A DNA stretch of 64,000 nucleotides from Nymphaea colorata (lineage: Eukaryota). Below the pieces are notes generated by a model. That model was not told the DNA's origin, did no database searches, and saw only the letters and a program-made list of their open reading frames with translations. This document shows, one piece after another, positions 50,001-63,890 of the stretch (positions are counted from its first letter, which is position 1; each line of letters opens with the position of its first letter). The stretch is from contig NC_045138.2 in the NCBI RefSeq assembly GCF_008831285.2, positions 15,624,001-15,688,000 of the forward strand, given 5' to 3'. Made by a program: the position numbers and the translations under genes.

Positions 50001-52954
50001 AACTATACATTAAGACAATGTGTCAAGCTGTAAGCCTCTATATACTGTCTGAAAAATGCCCATGAAATAACAAACGATAACCAACAGAAAACATGCACCA
50101 CCAAACTGCCAAAGTAACCTTCTATTACTTTTTCCCAATCTGATTTTTTGGCTTTGAAGCAATCATTTTCAAATTTCATGTGTCTTAGCTCGAAACATTC
50201 CGGAGACCATGCTAAATGTCCTTTCTTGCAAATGGACAGCCTTTTCATTGTGCATGTATAGTAAGAAATATATTATGCACATTCACAAATAGGACCACCA
50301 ATTTCAATACTAACTATTTCTTAAAAGCCGTTAAATGACAACTATTTTCCCCAGAAAACAACGGCAGTAAAGGATTTATGAACTCCGAAGAGAACAACCG
50401 TGAAAAACAACATTTTTTTCCAGGAAGATTCTATCAGGTCTCTGTACAAAAGAAACTCAGAAAATTTGGCAAAAGGGAAAGCTATTGTTATGATTTATAT
50501 GGTAATGAAATAAAACTAGCAATACCTGAAAATGTATAATTTAATTGAGTAATTGTGGAATATCTCGTGATAATGTAGCAAAAACAGAAAAATGACAGTA
50601 AGTTCAACTACATCATAACGTTAACATTGTTACTGGCCAAAATATGATGATTTTTTAAATAATTGTCCATGTGAACAGACGGTATTCATATGTGTGTGCA
50701 TGCTCATGTGAAATGACATCCATGAAATATAAACACCACTAAACAAGGATGATAGGTTCTTTTTATGAACTAAATATTCCACTTCGCAAATCTCACAAGC
50801 AAAAGTCCACATCTTGTGAGTCAGAACTAGAACTTTAAAAAAATCTTTACAGACGAGAAACCAGCAGAGCAAAGAGTAGATCAGACTTATGGCCACTTAC
50901 GGACTTCCGGGATGGAAATAATGAGCTGGAAGAAATAACAAATAGTAGATTGAACAAAAGCAAAAAATTATGCCACCTTTGCAACAATGCATCATAAAAT
51001 ATGCAACAGACACCCAAAGAAAACTAAATCAACTATATTACCTAGGTAATTCACGGCATTAGCACTAAAATAAAAGCTATCTGGGCATAATCTGCATTGA
51101 ACTTAAAAGGGCAGAGCTCATACATCTTCATCTTCTTGCAGAAAAATTCTGAGGTCTTCACTTTGCTGAAGTTGTGGATGTGAAGCTATTCGATTTACAA
51201 ATATATCTAATGCTCTACGCCTCAACTCAATAAACTCAGCACTGAAGCGGAACTTCTCTGACAAGGAAACCATTCAATTGTTTCAGTTTTTTGAAGACAT
51301 AAAATTTTAAGATGCTTGAATGCCAAAGACATACCTACAGCACTTTTCTCCGGAAGGGGTGGAATAAAAATCCCCTTGTACTTCTCACATAGCCTGTCTC
51401 GCAGCCATACAAAATCACTATAGCGACGGATAACAATCTTTTCTGGCCCTTGATATTCAGGAAAATTTGTCTGCAATAAGAGATTTTTTTTTTGTACACC
51501 AAAAGACATGAAAGAAGTTAACAATATTCTTAAATTTCTCCTTATATTTAACATAAGTACCACACAGTTAAAAATAGTAGAACAAAAAATACTATCTGTG
51601 CCAGCATTTATACAAGTTGATCAGCACTAAAAGATGAAAGAAAAACTTACAAGTGGACCATTTCATGTTAAATATATTATAGGTGTCTAACTTCTAAGAT
51701 TAATGAGAACGTTGCAGGGACATATGAGGTTTCTAACTCAAGCAGATAAGATGCATATTGTTCCCTGAATAGCCATTTAAGCTAAACTAAAAGGGACTTC
51801 AGCAGCCATCGCTTAGCATCTTTTCATACTTTGAATTTGCTGCCGCGATGTCCAAGAAACAAGACCAACGAAAGATATGTCAAAGAACCATCACACTTTA
51901 AGAAAATTCCAGCTTGACGCTCCTTGGACAGTGTCACGTTTAAATAGCTTAGAAGCACCTCTATCTCAACCCAACCCCATACAGAAGTATGAACATTTTT
52001 ATTACACAATCCCAAAAACAACAGCTATCTCGTACAACAAGTGCTACTGCAATTTGCAACGTCCTTTTTCTCTTTTGTCTTTCTTCTCTCCCCTAACATC
52101 TTTTTCCCATCACAAACTAGTCTGATTTTGCCAACCCACTTTCTATTTCACAATAATTAATCGCCACACACCGAGAAAAATAAAACCACTTGGCTGGAAA
52201 ACGTACCTACAGAAACATGAAGACTTACAGAAAGTTCCTCCCAAAGGCATCATCAAACGAAAAGTAGTCACCAACAAGTTAAATCTACAACAAAATCCTC
52301 GTCGAATTGCACATACAATTCCACTCAAAAGACGAAATACATGTAACCATTGCATTAAATTTGACGGAAATTTTGGGAGTGCAATACCAAACCATGAAAC
52401 CAAGCCCTTACAAACATCACCTCGAAAATTAATCATGATATAACATCACCAATCAACATTACCATGTTTCTCTTTCTCTTAAAAAAAATAGAAAAACACG
52501 ACGCGGACGAAAAAATGAAAAAGTAAACAGCTGTAATTCAAATACATCAACGAGCACTAAGACGAAACTTAGCATTTAAAGGAACGACAGAACAAGATGA
52601 AGTAAACGTACAAATGGGGAATTGCTCAGCAATTGAACATATCCAGCAAAGAAAACCCATAAGAAAACCTAAAAGAGATAGCCAAATAAGAAGCGTATGG
52701 AAGGGAGGATGCCTTGGTGATGACACGATACGAGATGTAGGCCTGGACTCCATTGCCCAACTTCACGGGATCCGTGACCGTGACGTGTAGAAACGGTTCC
52801 GAAGTAGAAGACGAAGGTGATCGAGGACTCTGCGACGACCCCGACAGAGACCTCTGCAGCACCACGAAATCGCGAAAACTATCACGTTTTTTACCTCGAA
52901 TTTCAGGAATTCGACGAATCAAGAGAGCAAGATAGAGAGTACCTTGGCGATCAT
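47080..52954 (-). CDS. SNX1: Sorting nexin 1 (PX + BAR), 11 exons, 405 aa
   Basis: Exons 52954-52943, 52853-52713 (GC donor), 51470-51335, 51257-51124, 49682-49608, 48863-48704, 48536-48403, 48275-48207, 48033-47954, 47759-47699 and 47295-47080. All phases are consistent (1218 nt). PX motifs VTDPVKLGNGVQAYISYRVITK and IRRYSDF...PPLPEK. Confidence 0.95.
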
Positions 52955-53294
52955 GGTCAATAGTTCCCCCTCAGACGACACGACAAGAATGAAAGGAGAG
53001 AGAAGAAGAAGAGAAGGAAAATAAAGTTGAAGAAGGAGGCGCCGAGGCGGGGAGTTTGTGTCTTTCGTTCATTTTGGCGGGGAGAATTGTGTACATTCGC
53101 CATGTCACGGGAAACTCTTCCGCGCCTCATTTGGGTCGGGGCAACTTGTGGACCCGAACTAGGACTCGATCCGCTGCACCCGTTGTAGGCTAGCCGCTAC
53201 TAGGGAAAGTGATATGTCCTTCAAACGAACCTGAGTCCGACCCGTTTAAGTAACCCCACGGCACAGGAGAGAGAGAGGGAAGGGCGAGGGAGAG

Positions 53295-56200
53295 ATGGCG
53301 TACGTGGCCTTCGTCTCCTCCTACCACCTGCGGCTCGCTGTGGCTTCTCGCTGCTGCTGCTCCTCTGCTTCTTCTCCTCCTCCTCCTCTTACCCTTCTTT
53401 GCGGGAAACCCGTCTTATTCCACCACCGCCCACTTCTCATCAGAAGAAGAGGAATCCAATTTCTCAGTTCAAAGTTGGGGCTTCGGAGCAGACCCAATTG
53501 CTCTGCCAGCAGGAATCCCCCCGCTGGCGATGACGTAACAGAGTTAGTACATCGTCTCTCTCTCTCTCGCTCGCTCGCTCTCTTTCTTTCTGTTGACGTG
53601 ATGTAACTTCTTTGGACTTTAGCTTCTGCATTATAGAAGGGCCGGAAACGGTTCAGGATTTCGTTCAGTTGCAGATGCAAGAGATACAAGACAATATCAG
53701 GAGTAGGCGAAACAAGATTTTTCTGTTAATGGAGGAGGTAAGCGCATGAGTCGAACCATGGCAGGTTGTTTGCTCGACCTTGCAATTTTTAAGTTGTCAT
53801 TTGTTTTCTGCTGTAGTCATGGAAGAATAATTTTTCTGATTCTAGGAAGAGGTAAAAAATGGATCGGCTACTTTTATTTTTACTAAAATACACTCCCTCA
53901 CCTGGCTTAATTTAGCGGTCAGCTGTTTATGATGGAATCCTAGTTATTCATTGCTGTAGCTGGGAGTAGCCTGTTTTAGTGTATGCCGGATTTGAGTTCA
54001 CTGGAGTTATGCCGCATCTGGTAAAGGCTTTTGACAGCTGTATCTTGAGCATTGACAGGAAGCATTCTGACATATCAAAATTCTAAGTTGATAGGACCAT
54101 AGCGAAGTAAAAAAGCAAGTCTGCAAGTGGAAGCAGGGAAGCGAGTTGGAAACAGGGAAGATAACTTAGAAAAGGCAACTAGGTCTCTTGGTAATATGGT
54201 TAAAACTTAGAAAATGCAGGGAGAGCATGCACAGGTGTCCGAAGGCCTTGCGAAAGCAAGTTCACGCCTGCGCACGTAAGTCTTGTTGCACAATTAAGGT
54301 CATCAGGAGAAAATGCAGACGAAAATGAAATGTCAAACAAGAGGAGTATTGGTGGAGTCCTTTACGTTTATTGATGTAAAGGTCTACTACATCTTGCATG
54401 GTATAAACCAGGAGGTGTATGAGTTTAACTAATTATAGCTAACTTTAAGTTCTAATGAGGTAGACTGTCTGATCATTGTGGTATTTTATGTACTTCTATA
54501 TGTGTTTTGTTATTAAGGACCTTGTCAGTAGTTTTTTAACAAATTGAACCCTTAGGCTGCGGTGAATCTTATTTGACTTTGCTTGATAATGGACAACCAC
54601 GTAATGAGTAACACGTTTGACACATTTCAAAACTTTGCTTGATTGGAGTTTGGGGCTTGTTTATTTTTTCAGTCAGTTTATTATCTTTTTTAACGTTTGA
54701 AGACACTTCTATCTGTTTCTTGAATTATACTAGTTTTGATAATCGGTTGCATAGTCATAATAGAATTAAATAATGTTTTTGTGCTACTGCATTGGGAATG
54801 CTGGGTACTCTGGTGTATTTGGAAATGGTTATCATTTCAGTGATTAATGTCTTTATTATTTAATTAATATATCCTTATTATTTATCAGGTTAGGAGATTA
54901 AGGATACAGCAGCGAATAAAAAGCACTGGTGCAGTGAATGAAGATAGTGAGAAAGAAAATGAGATGCCTGATATGCCATCGTCTATTCCTTTTCTTCCTA
55001 ATATGGTGATTCTTGCAGATTTTGCATCTGAAATATCAAGTTCTGCAGAAAATTATTTGCTCATGAATTAGATTTTCTGTCCTAACACCATGCTATCCTT
55101 CTTGAAGTAGACATTCACAACTCGAAGGAAGCTCTACCTTACATGCTTTTTACTTATCTCGGGAATAATTCTTTTTGGAGGCTTCCTTGCACCAACAGTA
55201 AGTACTTTTTTTTGTTTGCTCCACCTACGCTGCAAAGAGCACAGTTTTTTGAGAGCTAACATGATCATCCATGCTGCCCCACGTGTTTACTTTCTTTATG
55301 AAGAAATAATTAATGATTTTTATCTTCATGCATGACTGATAAAGGATGTATTACTTCATATATTGCTTTTCAATTGTGAGATATGTGATGCAGTTTCAGA
55401 ACATCAAAGAATTAGTTAAACCACTTGAACATGATCTCATTAAGCAGGGAGTGAGTAATGTGCTTGAGTATATAGTGAGCCAACTAAAATAGGAATAATC
55501 AAGTGTTTCTCTGTCTCATTTTGGTTTCAATCATGCATATGTGGTGCAGTTTGTTAAACAACAAAGTCTGGGCATGTTTGGAGGTGGGTCAATATCAAGA
55601 GCTGTAGGAACTTAGCTGGGAAGGAATTCATGAAAAATCATAGCTCTGTTGATCATCTGTTGGGCTGGGAGTCGGACATGCTTGTTCAGTTGTTCTGTAT
55701 GTCCTAGCTTAAGTTTTTTAAGTTGTGAGTATCATCAGTGCCACTATTGACAGCATGTTGTTACTTGTTCTTTGTCATGGTTTCCACCTACCGATGCTTT
55801 ATTGTCCACAAAACAAATGTGAAATGCCCTATTATTGCAGTCATTCTGCTTTTCTCTGTGGGCTCAAGATAATTTGGTATTAACTTTTCCAATCATAGTT
55901 CAGTGCAGAATTTCATACGTCTTTTCTCTATCTCACATAATGAACTATCGATCTTGGATAGAGAAACAAGGAAGTCAATTAGACTTCTTTCCAGTGATTA
56001 ACAGAGCATAGGTTCAAATCCGTGGCTTTTACTTTCAACTGTACACAAGGAATTACCTCTTACGTGTCAATTTTCCTGGTGTAATTTATTCAATGAAGAG
56101 CAAATAATAAAAGATGAATGTTTAAATTTATGCTTGTCCTTTTTTCTAACAGCTCATGAAATAAAGGACACTGTCATGCTCTTCTTTGTAAACTTATTTC

Positions 56201-58783
56201 CACTAACTTCCAATTAACTTGGTATAATATTCAGCTTGAACTAAAACTGGGGTTGGGTGGTACCTCCTACGAAGACTTCATCCGCAGTCTGCACCTACCC
56301 CTGCAGCTAAGGTTTGTATAACGTTGTTGAACAATACGAAAGTCTGTGTTCCTGGTGAATTTCACAGGCACTGTGCCATGGTGCTGCATGGTTTATTTTA
56401 GAGTCTATTTTCTAAACTTGAAGCTGTTTTCTTTCAGTGAAGTGGATCCCATTGTAGCATCCTTCTCAGGAGGAGCAGTTGGAGTCATTTCTGCTCTTAT
56501 GGTGATTGAGATTAACAATGTTGAGCAACAGGAGAAAAAAAGATGCAAATATTGTCTTGGGACTGGTTAGTATAAAAGCTAGGTTGGCAACATAAGTATC
56601 TTGTACAATTTACTGACCTTCATGTTCTTTTCTAAGCCTTTTTTGGTTTTCATTTATGTGACTGTTTACGGGTATGTCTGAATACTGTAGGCTTAAATGG
56701 TCAACAATTATTCATTAATATATGTTTTTCTGAACTTTCATGGCCTCATTTGGTGTCTTAGTATAGGACATGGCAGCTTCAATGATTATAAATCTATGAT
56801 ATTTTTGTTTATTTTTTTTATAAATTTCAGGATACCTAGCATGTGCAAGGTGCTCCGGCAGTGGTCTCTCTTCAACCATTGAGTCGATCGCCTTTTCCAG
56901 TAGTTCTAACTTCCCTCTAAGTGCCCAAAAAAATGAAAGGTGCATAAATTGCTCTGGCGCGGGAAAGGTACAAAACTTAAGTAGTAATGGATTTGACAAT
57001 GGTCCATGCATTTCTGGCTGTTTCTTTTCAGTAAACAAAGATCTGTGTTGTTTTTTTCCCTGGATTTTTATGTTTCTTTATTTTGCCTCTATTCACTTGA
57101 TAGTTTGTAACCTTATATTGATAGTGAAACTGGCGGTGAGGTTATGGTTCTTACATCTTTCAGGTGCAGATAGGCTGTTATTTTGCAGTGTATTATTTGT
57201 GATAATCAGATTTTCAAGCTTCCAAGTTCATAACATTACATTAAGCAGACTTTAGTTTTGATGAGAAGGGCGTTGTCTTCTTGGAACACATGTTCTTAAC
57301 ATACATGTTCAAGAAATGCTGTGTTCTTGTTCTAGAAGACATTGTGTGATTATGATCTAGCATTTGATTGTAGCATCTAGAACAACGTTTGTAATCACAT
57401 AATGTTTCTTGGAACATGAAGATGATGTTTTTGAATCATGTGTTTCAAGAACACAATGTTCTTTTTGTCAAAAACCTTTTAAAGTTCCAACTTATGTTAC
57501 AGATGGAGGTTTTATTGGAAAAACTGTGAAATATTTCTCTCCTAACGCTATGGTATCTTATTATATTCAATTCAGAATATTTTGAGAGGTAAAACTATTG
57601 TGCCTTACACCAAACAATAGATGTGTAGATGTTGATGCATACTCGAGGTAAAAGCACACAACGACCTCTAATCACACCAGTATTCTTCAAGAAGAGAAAC
57701 TTGGGTTCGTTCATGTGGCCCATTGATTCTCTTGTGGCTTTCAGGAGTAGAAATCTGAGCTTGAAGCTAGTAAGCTTAATCAGCCCATTCCTTACCCTCT
57801 TTTCCTCCTAGGCTCTATCAATGATTTTCTTACCCGCCTTAACCAAACCACCCCCTTCCCCCCCCCCCCCCCACTCTGGCTCTCTTTTCCTCCCTTTCTC
57901 TTCTGCCATATTCAACACATTTTTGAAGCCCCTTAAAATGGGAAACCCTGAAGACCAAAAGCCAACTTCAAATCTTATTTTGAATTTTTGTGTAATTTCT
58001 AAGTTAAAAACTCAGGTTTCTAAGTTAAAAACTCAGGACTTTGTGCAAGTTTTCTTTCCCCATTGCTTTTCCGAAATTTTCTCAAAATATTTAATATAGA
58101 TGTTTATTTGGTTCTACCAAATCTCTGTGACATGATTCAGGAAAGAAAGTCATCTGTGAAGGTGATTCAGCTGCTGAATTACTAAAGTATGTATGAATGT
58201 AGAGACCAATGTTTTTTACATGGGCATAGTGTCCACTAGCGAAGCTAACAAGTGACCTAATATTCTGATAGAATGTCAAATTGGGCACTTGAGATGGGGA
58301 GAGAGAAAGAGGCTATGTCACACAAGTGTGGGGTGTGGGTGCAGTGAGAAGATATATAAAACTAGCAGTTAACAATTAACAAGGTGTGAATTTGTCATTG
58401 ATTCAATGAAAAAAAGAAAGCGATTGCTTTGTTGCTGCACCCAAGTCACACCCAACACGACTTGGGTGCAGCCACCTTCTTGAGAAGTTCCTTCACAAGG
58501 ATACTTGGGAGAAACTCTAATTAGGTGTTTCCTTCACCATGGCTAACGGAAGGTATGTGTAGTTAATACGTCTGACATTCAAAATGAAAACTACTTGTGC
58601 CATTAATTTACGAGAATTCTTGAATATGAATATGAAATTTATTTCCAAAGGTCTTGTATGATCCTAGCATATGCAAATCCTCATCACTTAAGCTTTTGTT
58701 TTCAGGTCATGTGCACGGGATGCTTATGCACTGGGATGGCTATGGCAAGTGAGCACGATCTACGGATAGACCCATTTGACTGA
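53295..58783 (+). CDS. ORL: ORANGE-like protein (DnaJ-type zinc finger, plastid), 8 exons, 328 aa
   Basis: Exons 53295-53542, 53623-53737, 54889-55005, 55111-55197, 56235-56311, 56438-56565, 56831-56967 and 58706-58783. Motifs FCIIEGPETVQDF, EIQDNIRSRRNKIFLLMEEVRRLRIQQR, VDPIVASFSGGAVGVIS, CxxCxGxG repeats and ASEHDLRIDPFD. Confidence 0.93.
57255..57475. mobile_element. Palindromic MITE in ORANGE-like intron 7
   Basis: Outer arms of about 39 bp (GTTTTGATGAGAAGGGCGTTGTCTTCTTGGAACACATG / CATGTGTTTCAAGAACACAATGTTCTTTTTGTCAAAAAC) plus inner arms ACATTGTGTGATTA / TAATCACATAATGT. Confidence 0.75.
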
Positions 58784-59928
58784 TGGCTTTATTTCTCTGG
58801 TAAACGCGCAGCAGCATGATAAGTCTTGGTTCTAGGGTACAGATCCTCAAATGGGCTGTTGGGAATCTTCAGATAAACAATGGACTCTCAGACCTCGTGG
58901 GCCTGTTGAGTAAATATAGCGCTGGAAGCCTGGACACTGGACAGGACCTTTGCGATTACTTCCATATTCACATGGCCATGACAGTAAATTTGAATGACTT
59001 TGCAAAGTTCTGTGTTTCCTTTCCTGGAGCATTACTGTTCAATGTAAAGGTTCTATCTTTGAACTATTTCTAATAAGTAAGAATGGCCTGTAAAATTGCC
59101 TCAGATCTCTTTGTGTGTCTAGTTGAATATCTCCTTGCAAGAAATTTAAACCATTTTCTTAAATTGTTGAGATAGTATTCTCTTGGTTCCTGGACATGAG
59201 AATATTCTGATTAGGTGGATATCGTGCTGTGTAGTGATAAAGTTTTGAAAGTGTAATAAGCTGCCGATCTGCCTTGATATTTTGAATTCCTTTGTTTTTC
59301 TCGTCCTTCAATCCAAAATCTTGTCCACTCCTGATGCAAAAAGTGTAGAAGCGAGACATGAATATGGAACAAAAGAGTACTTTTTTTTCAGTATAATCTT
59401 TTGGAGCACATTTTGGTTAGTGGCTGCAGTAGCTGCCAGCCGGTGCTTCTTGAACCAAAAAGATTGTGATTTACAGGATCATTTCAATTGGCATGGCATC
59501 CTGTCTATCTGAAGAAAATGGTGATAAAAGTGCGACATAAGTCGTGCCGAAACATTGAATTGGTTAGGATATGAACTAAAACTTTTTTAGTATATTATAT
59601 TTTTTACTAATCGAGACAAGATGTACGTTAATCCATTCAGGTAACCATCATAACTAGGTCTAAATTGAATCCAATGAAGTTACTCTTTTCGTAGGATCTA
59701 ACTATGATAATTAATTTTTCTTATTTAGCATTCAAGACTTGATTAAGAGTAGCGGATGCAGGTTGAATACAAGCATTTTACCATAGGGTGCACTCGGCAG
59801 AATTGGATCACGTAGAAAGTTTATAACTAATACAAATCTTATTTATCCGATTTGACGTGATTGAATGCAGTCGTACATCGTACACTATAAAATTAAGAAA
59901 CTAATTGGTGCGCAAGCAATCAAAAACT

Positions 59929-60008
<80 letters not shown>
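59929..60008 (+). tRNA. trnL-UAG: tRNA-Leu(UAG), cytosolic type
   Basis: Acceptor stem GACAGTT/AGCTGTC, A box TGGCCGAGTGG, anticodon arm CCAGA-TTTAGGC-TCTGG (TAG at 59963-59965), long variable arm, B box GGTTCAAATCC. Upstream TATAAAA at 59886; TTTT at 60016-60019. Confidence 0.97.
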
Positions 60009-60010
<2 letters not shown>

Positions 60011-60175
60011 GTTTCTTTTCACATCCTGTTCCTCTATTTTTTTTTTTTTTTCTTCTTTGTGTGCGATTCCTCTTCTTTCTACAGAGCTGGGACCTGTCCT
60101 TTCAATTTTCTTCCTCGGTTTCCTTTTTGACGGGGAATTACGCAAAAGGGATATTGCTCAATACCTGAATCAAAG

Positions 60176-63100
60176 ATGGTGGTGAATTTACTGCTGAGGA
60201 TCTCCAGATCCAATCAGAGATTCTCACTGCTTTGGGGAAGCGGTGGTGGTGCAGGGAGGGGACTGAGCACGCTTGCCTATGAAGTGGTTGAGACGACGGC
60301 ACCATCTTCAGCACCCAGCGCCGCCACAGCCTCGACGGCTTTCATTCTGCACGGCCTCATGGGCTCCGGCAGGAACTGGAGGACCTTCTCCCGCCAATTG
60401 GCATCTTCACTAGTTTCCCCTTCCTCAGGTAATCACATTTTTCCATAAAATTTTCAGTTGAATTTATACAAAGCCATAAAATTTTCAGTTGAATTTATAC
60501 AAAGAAACAACGTCATTTGGAATTTGTTTCTGCGAGTATATTGTTAGATCATGGCCAGTCTGGTAAGAACAACATAATGGCATTGAGCATCCGATTTCCA
60601 CTACCTCTTTCGTTCTCCTTTTCACTTGGCTGGTGCATTTTCTTTTCTGTTTAGAGCAATTTAGTTTCTTTTTTGTGTTTTTCAGACTATTGCTTGAAAT
60701 TTGGCTTCTTATTTCATCATTGCTGTTCTCTTTCGTTTGTGTTTAATATAATGGTCGTTTCTGGCATTCTGCTCATATGATTGGTGCTTTTTTTTGGAGT
60801 CTAGACGGTTACCATGCGTGTGTTTTTATTAAACTGTACAAACGTGCACAAAATGTACATTTCATAAACCTGTTTCTGTGTTTCCAGTTCTTGTCATTTG
60901 ATGCAATTCATGATGGAATTGCAATCCTGGAGACGCTGCTGAGGCTGTCTTATGTCCTCTGACAATGGTGTATGATGTATAACAATCTGATTCAACAATT
61001 AATTGTCACAAAGAGAAAACTGTAACATTCATTCGGTAGTCGACATTTTCAGTGCGAAACTAATGCAGAAATTTAAGAGAAGCAAGACTAGAACTTCATT
61101 TCATCATCACAATTCTTGCATATGATGTTCTCATTTGTTGGTAAAAAGAAAAAATTGAAAATGTGAAGGTTAAATGTTTGCTTTACCCATCAGTTACGTG
61201 ATCTCCAGTTGACTTGGATGACTCACTAGGTCTTCCTTTTTAGATGCAAATGACTCGCTAGGTTCAACCCGCTTGTTTTTGCAAGGCTATGATCCAAGTC
61301 AATTTTGCTCTTCACTTAAACAGGTGAGGTTTGTCTGAACTAGGATAATTTGTGAACTACGTGATTCCATTACTGGCCTTATATGGGATGGAGTTGAATC
61401 TCCAGTTTCTCTGGTGTAACAAGAGGTTTTCCCTTTAATAATGAATGTTCTTCTGGCTAAATCGGTCTTAGACCATGCTGATAAAATTTCTTTCTAAGAA
61501 TTCATTTCTCGTGTTGCACATGTATGTTTCTGTTACCATGTTCATATATCTTAAAGTGGTTACACATCTTAGCTTCATGACCATGTACCTTATAATGTTT
61601 CCGCCTACGTCTTGTTTGTCCACATACTAATGAGTAGCACATTTTTATGCATTTTGCTTTCTTGTCTCAAGAAACTTGCTTTCTCCCAAGTCCTTGCTGA
61701 TCCGTGTTTAGTCCTATTTTGCAGCTTGGAAAATTGTCCTTGTGGATTTGCGAAACCATGGGAAATCAGTTGGAATCCAAGGTCTGGAGCCTCCTCATGA
61801 TATGGCAAATTCTGCCAGAGATTTAGCTAATCTGATTAATGCTCATAAATGGGCTTCGCCAGATGTTGTAATCGGTCATTCCATGGGTGGAAAAGTTGCC
61901 CTGGAATTTCTGGCTTCATGTGCTCGTGGTGATTATGGTGAATCTGTTGTTTTGCCCAAGCAGGTACAAGTCGCACTTACCCTTCGGGCTGAAATTTTCT
62001 TGTAATGTGATTTGCTTCTGTACTTTTTATCATCAAATAGTGAAAGTAATTTCATGGATACCTTTCTCTTATCGGGCAGACCATCAAATTCTTGGTTTCA
62101 TTTTGACACTTGAAGATCCAAATTGTACCATTTTAATTTTTTCTAGAGCTAATACGTCTGGTTATCTAATACTGTCTCCTAGCTCAAGCCTGTAGTCCAT
62201 CTCATCCGTATTCTTTACAACTTATGAATATGGTTAAGTAATTTGGTTTGGTGATCCGGCTCCATCGAGCAAGATTCAACTGACTTGGCTGTTATCATCC
62301 TGCAATCCATAATAACAAATGTTAACGTCTTATTGAAAATCTTGTAATTTTGGTGAGACTGGGTTAACCATATGATGAAAATAAGACCATGATATTTTGG
62401 TACAAAACTTTACTTTCGAAATATCATATTTTGTTGCAATATGAATTGTGCACAAAATTTACTTCGCTATACTATTCATGGTTTCTGTTATATTTTGGTA
62501 TATTTTGTGAGAGTCAATATTTTCACCTAATTATTAAAATATTACAAAAGAAAATCTTTGGTGCCTGGAAATGAGATTTACATCAATGGTTTAGCCTATC
62601 CCCAGTTGTCATAACAAAACGTTGGTTCAGATTATAGCATTGAAATGTCACTTGCTAGTGTCAGGTATGGGTGTTTAAGACTGAAGAATACAAACTAAAT
62701 GATGGTTTTTTGAAGAGTGTTCTTAAAGATCTCGAAAGAGAACGATATGTGTAAATTAATATTTATTCCTATTGATCTCTCCTATCATTGAACTTTTTTT
62801 GAATGGTTTTCTCCATTCTGTCTGACAAGGCTTGTCAGAAGAATAATTGGAATTCAAATCGAACTGTTCTTCAGGGCCTTGTTGTAGTTGTCATTATTCA
62901 TGAACAGTGTTTCAAAAGAAATGTTTAAACCGTTTTCCTGTCTGGAAGAATCTTGGAATCTAAACAAAAGAACTACATCTATATCGAGGCTTTCTTGCTT
63001 GAATATCAGATGTTATTTTTGCAGTTTTACTATGTTAGCAGGAATTTATTGCAAATGTAAGATCCTCAGGATTTGAGATCAATGAATTTTAGATTAGACC

Positions 63101-63890
63101 CTCCCCTCTCTGATATTAAACCAAACCTTTTCTCAATGCAAAATATAAAATAAGGATTTCAAGTATTAGTTTGATGAACCATGGACTTTATGGTGGACCC
63201 TTTGCCACATCAGCAAAAGCATGCCTCGTCAGACCCAGATCTCAAATCTGATGCCATCAAACACTCCCCTAGTGTTCTGGCAAGAGCAGTCTGGTTCCAT
63301 GATCCTGTCAAAAATCCATCGTGACACTGAATTCCTGGACCGTAGAGTTTGCTTATTATTGAGAGCAACCATCGGTTAAATTTACAGGAATGTTTTGAAC
63401 GCCGACCTTCATAGCATGATTGTGTCATAATAAAATACTGACATCATGTACTAGTCCAGGGCGGTGTGTATGAGTTTTCACCAGACTAGTTCTATATTTT
63501 TTGGTAATGGACTATGCGTCAATGTCCACCCAAGATACTGAATTCCTGGAATGTAGAGCTGTGCTTATTATTGAGAGCAACCATCGGTCACATTTACTGA
63601 AATATTTAGAATTGCAACCTTTATAGCATAAGAGTGTCACAATAAGATACTGACATCATGTAATCTAGGACGGTGTGCATGAGTTTTTGCCAGAGTAGTT
63701 TTGTATTCTTTGGTAATGGACTGTGTCAATAAGTTTTATTTCTCTTTGAGCATCGGTAATTTCTTGATGCAGAGCAGTTGTGGGTGCTGGATTCAGTTCC
63801 TCATGAAGTGAACTCGGATAACAACGACCTAGAAGTGGAAAAGGTCCTGCATACCCTCCAAAGTCTGTCTACTCCATTGCCATCAAGAAG
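60176..63890 (+). CDS. Alpha/beta hydrolase, ABHD11-like (continues beyond the window)
   Basis: Exons 60176-60428, 61725-61963 and 63778-63890. Motifs LHGLMGSGRNWRTF, VDLRNHG, nucleophile GHSMGGKV and LWVLDSVP. The N-terminus resembles a mitochondrial presequence. Confidence 0.9.
60443..60504. repeat. 31-bp perfect tandem duplication in hydrolase intron 1
   Basis: CCATAAAATTTTCAGTTGAATTTATACAAAG occurs twice. Confidence 0.92.
63326..63730. repeat. Diverged tandem duplication of about 200 bp in hydrolase intron 2
   Basis: ACTGAATTCCTGGA...TGCTTATTATTGAGAGCAACCATCGGT...GGTAATGGACT at about 63326 and 63537. Confidence 0.85.
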
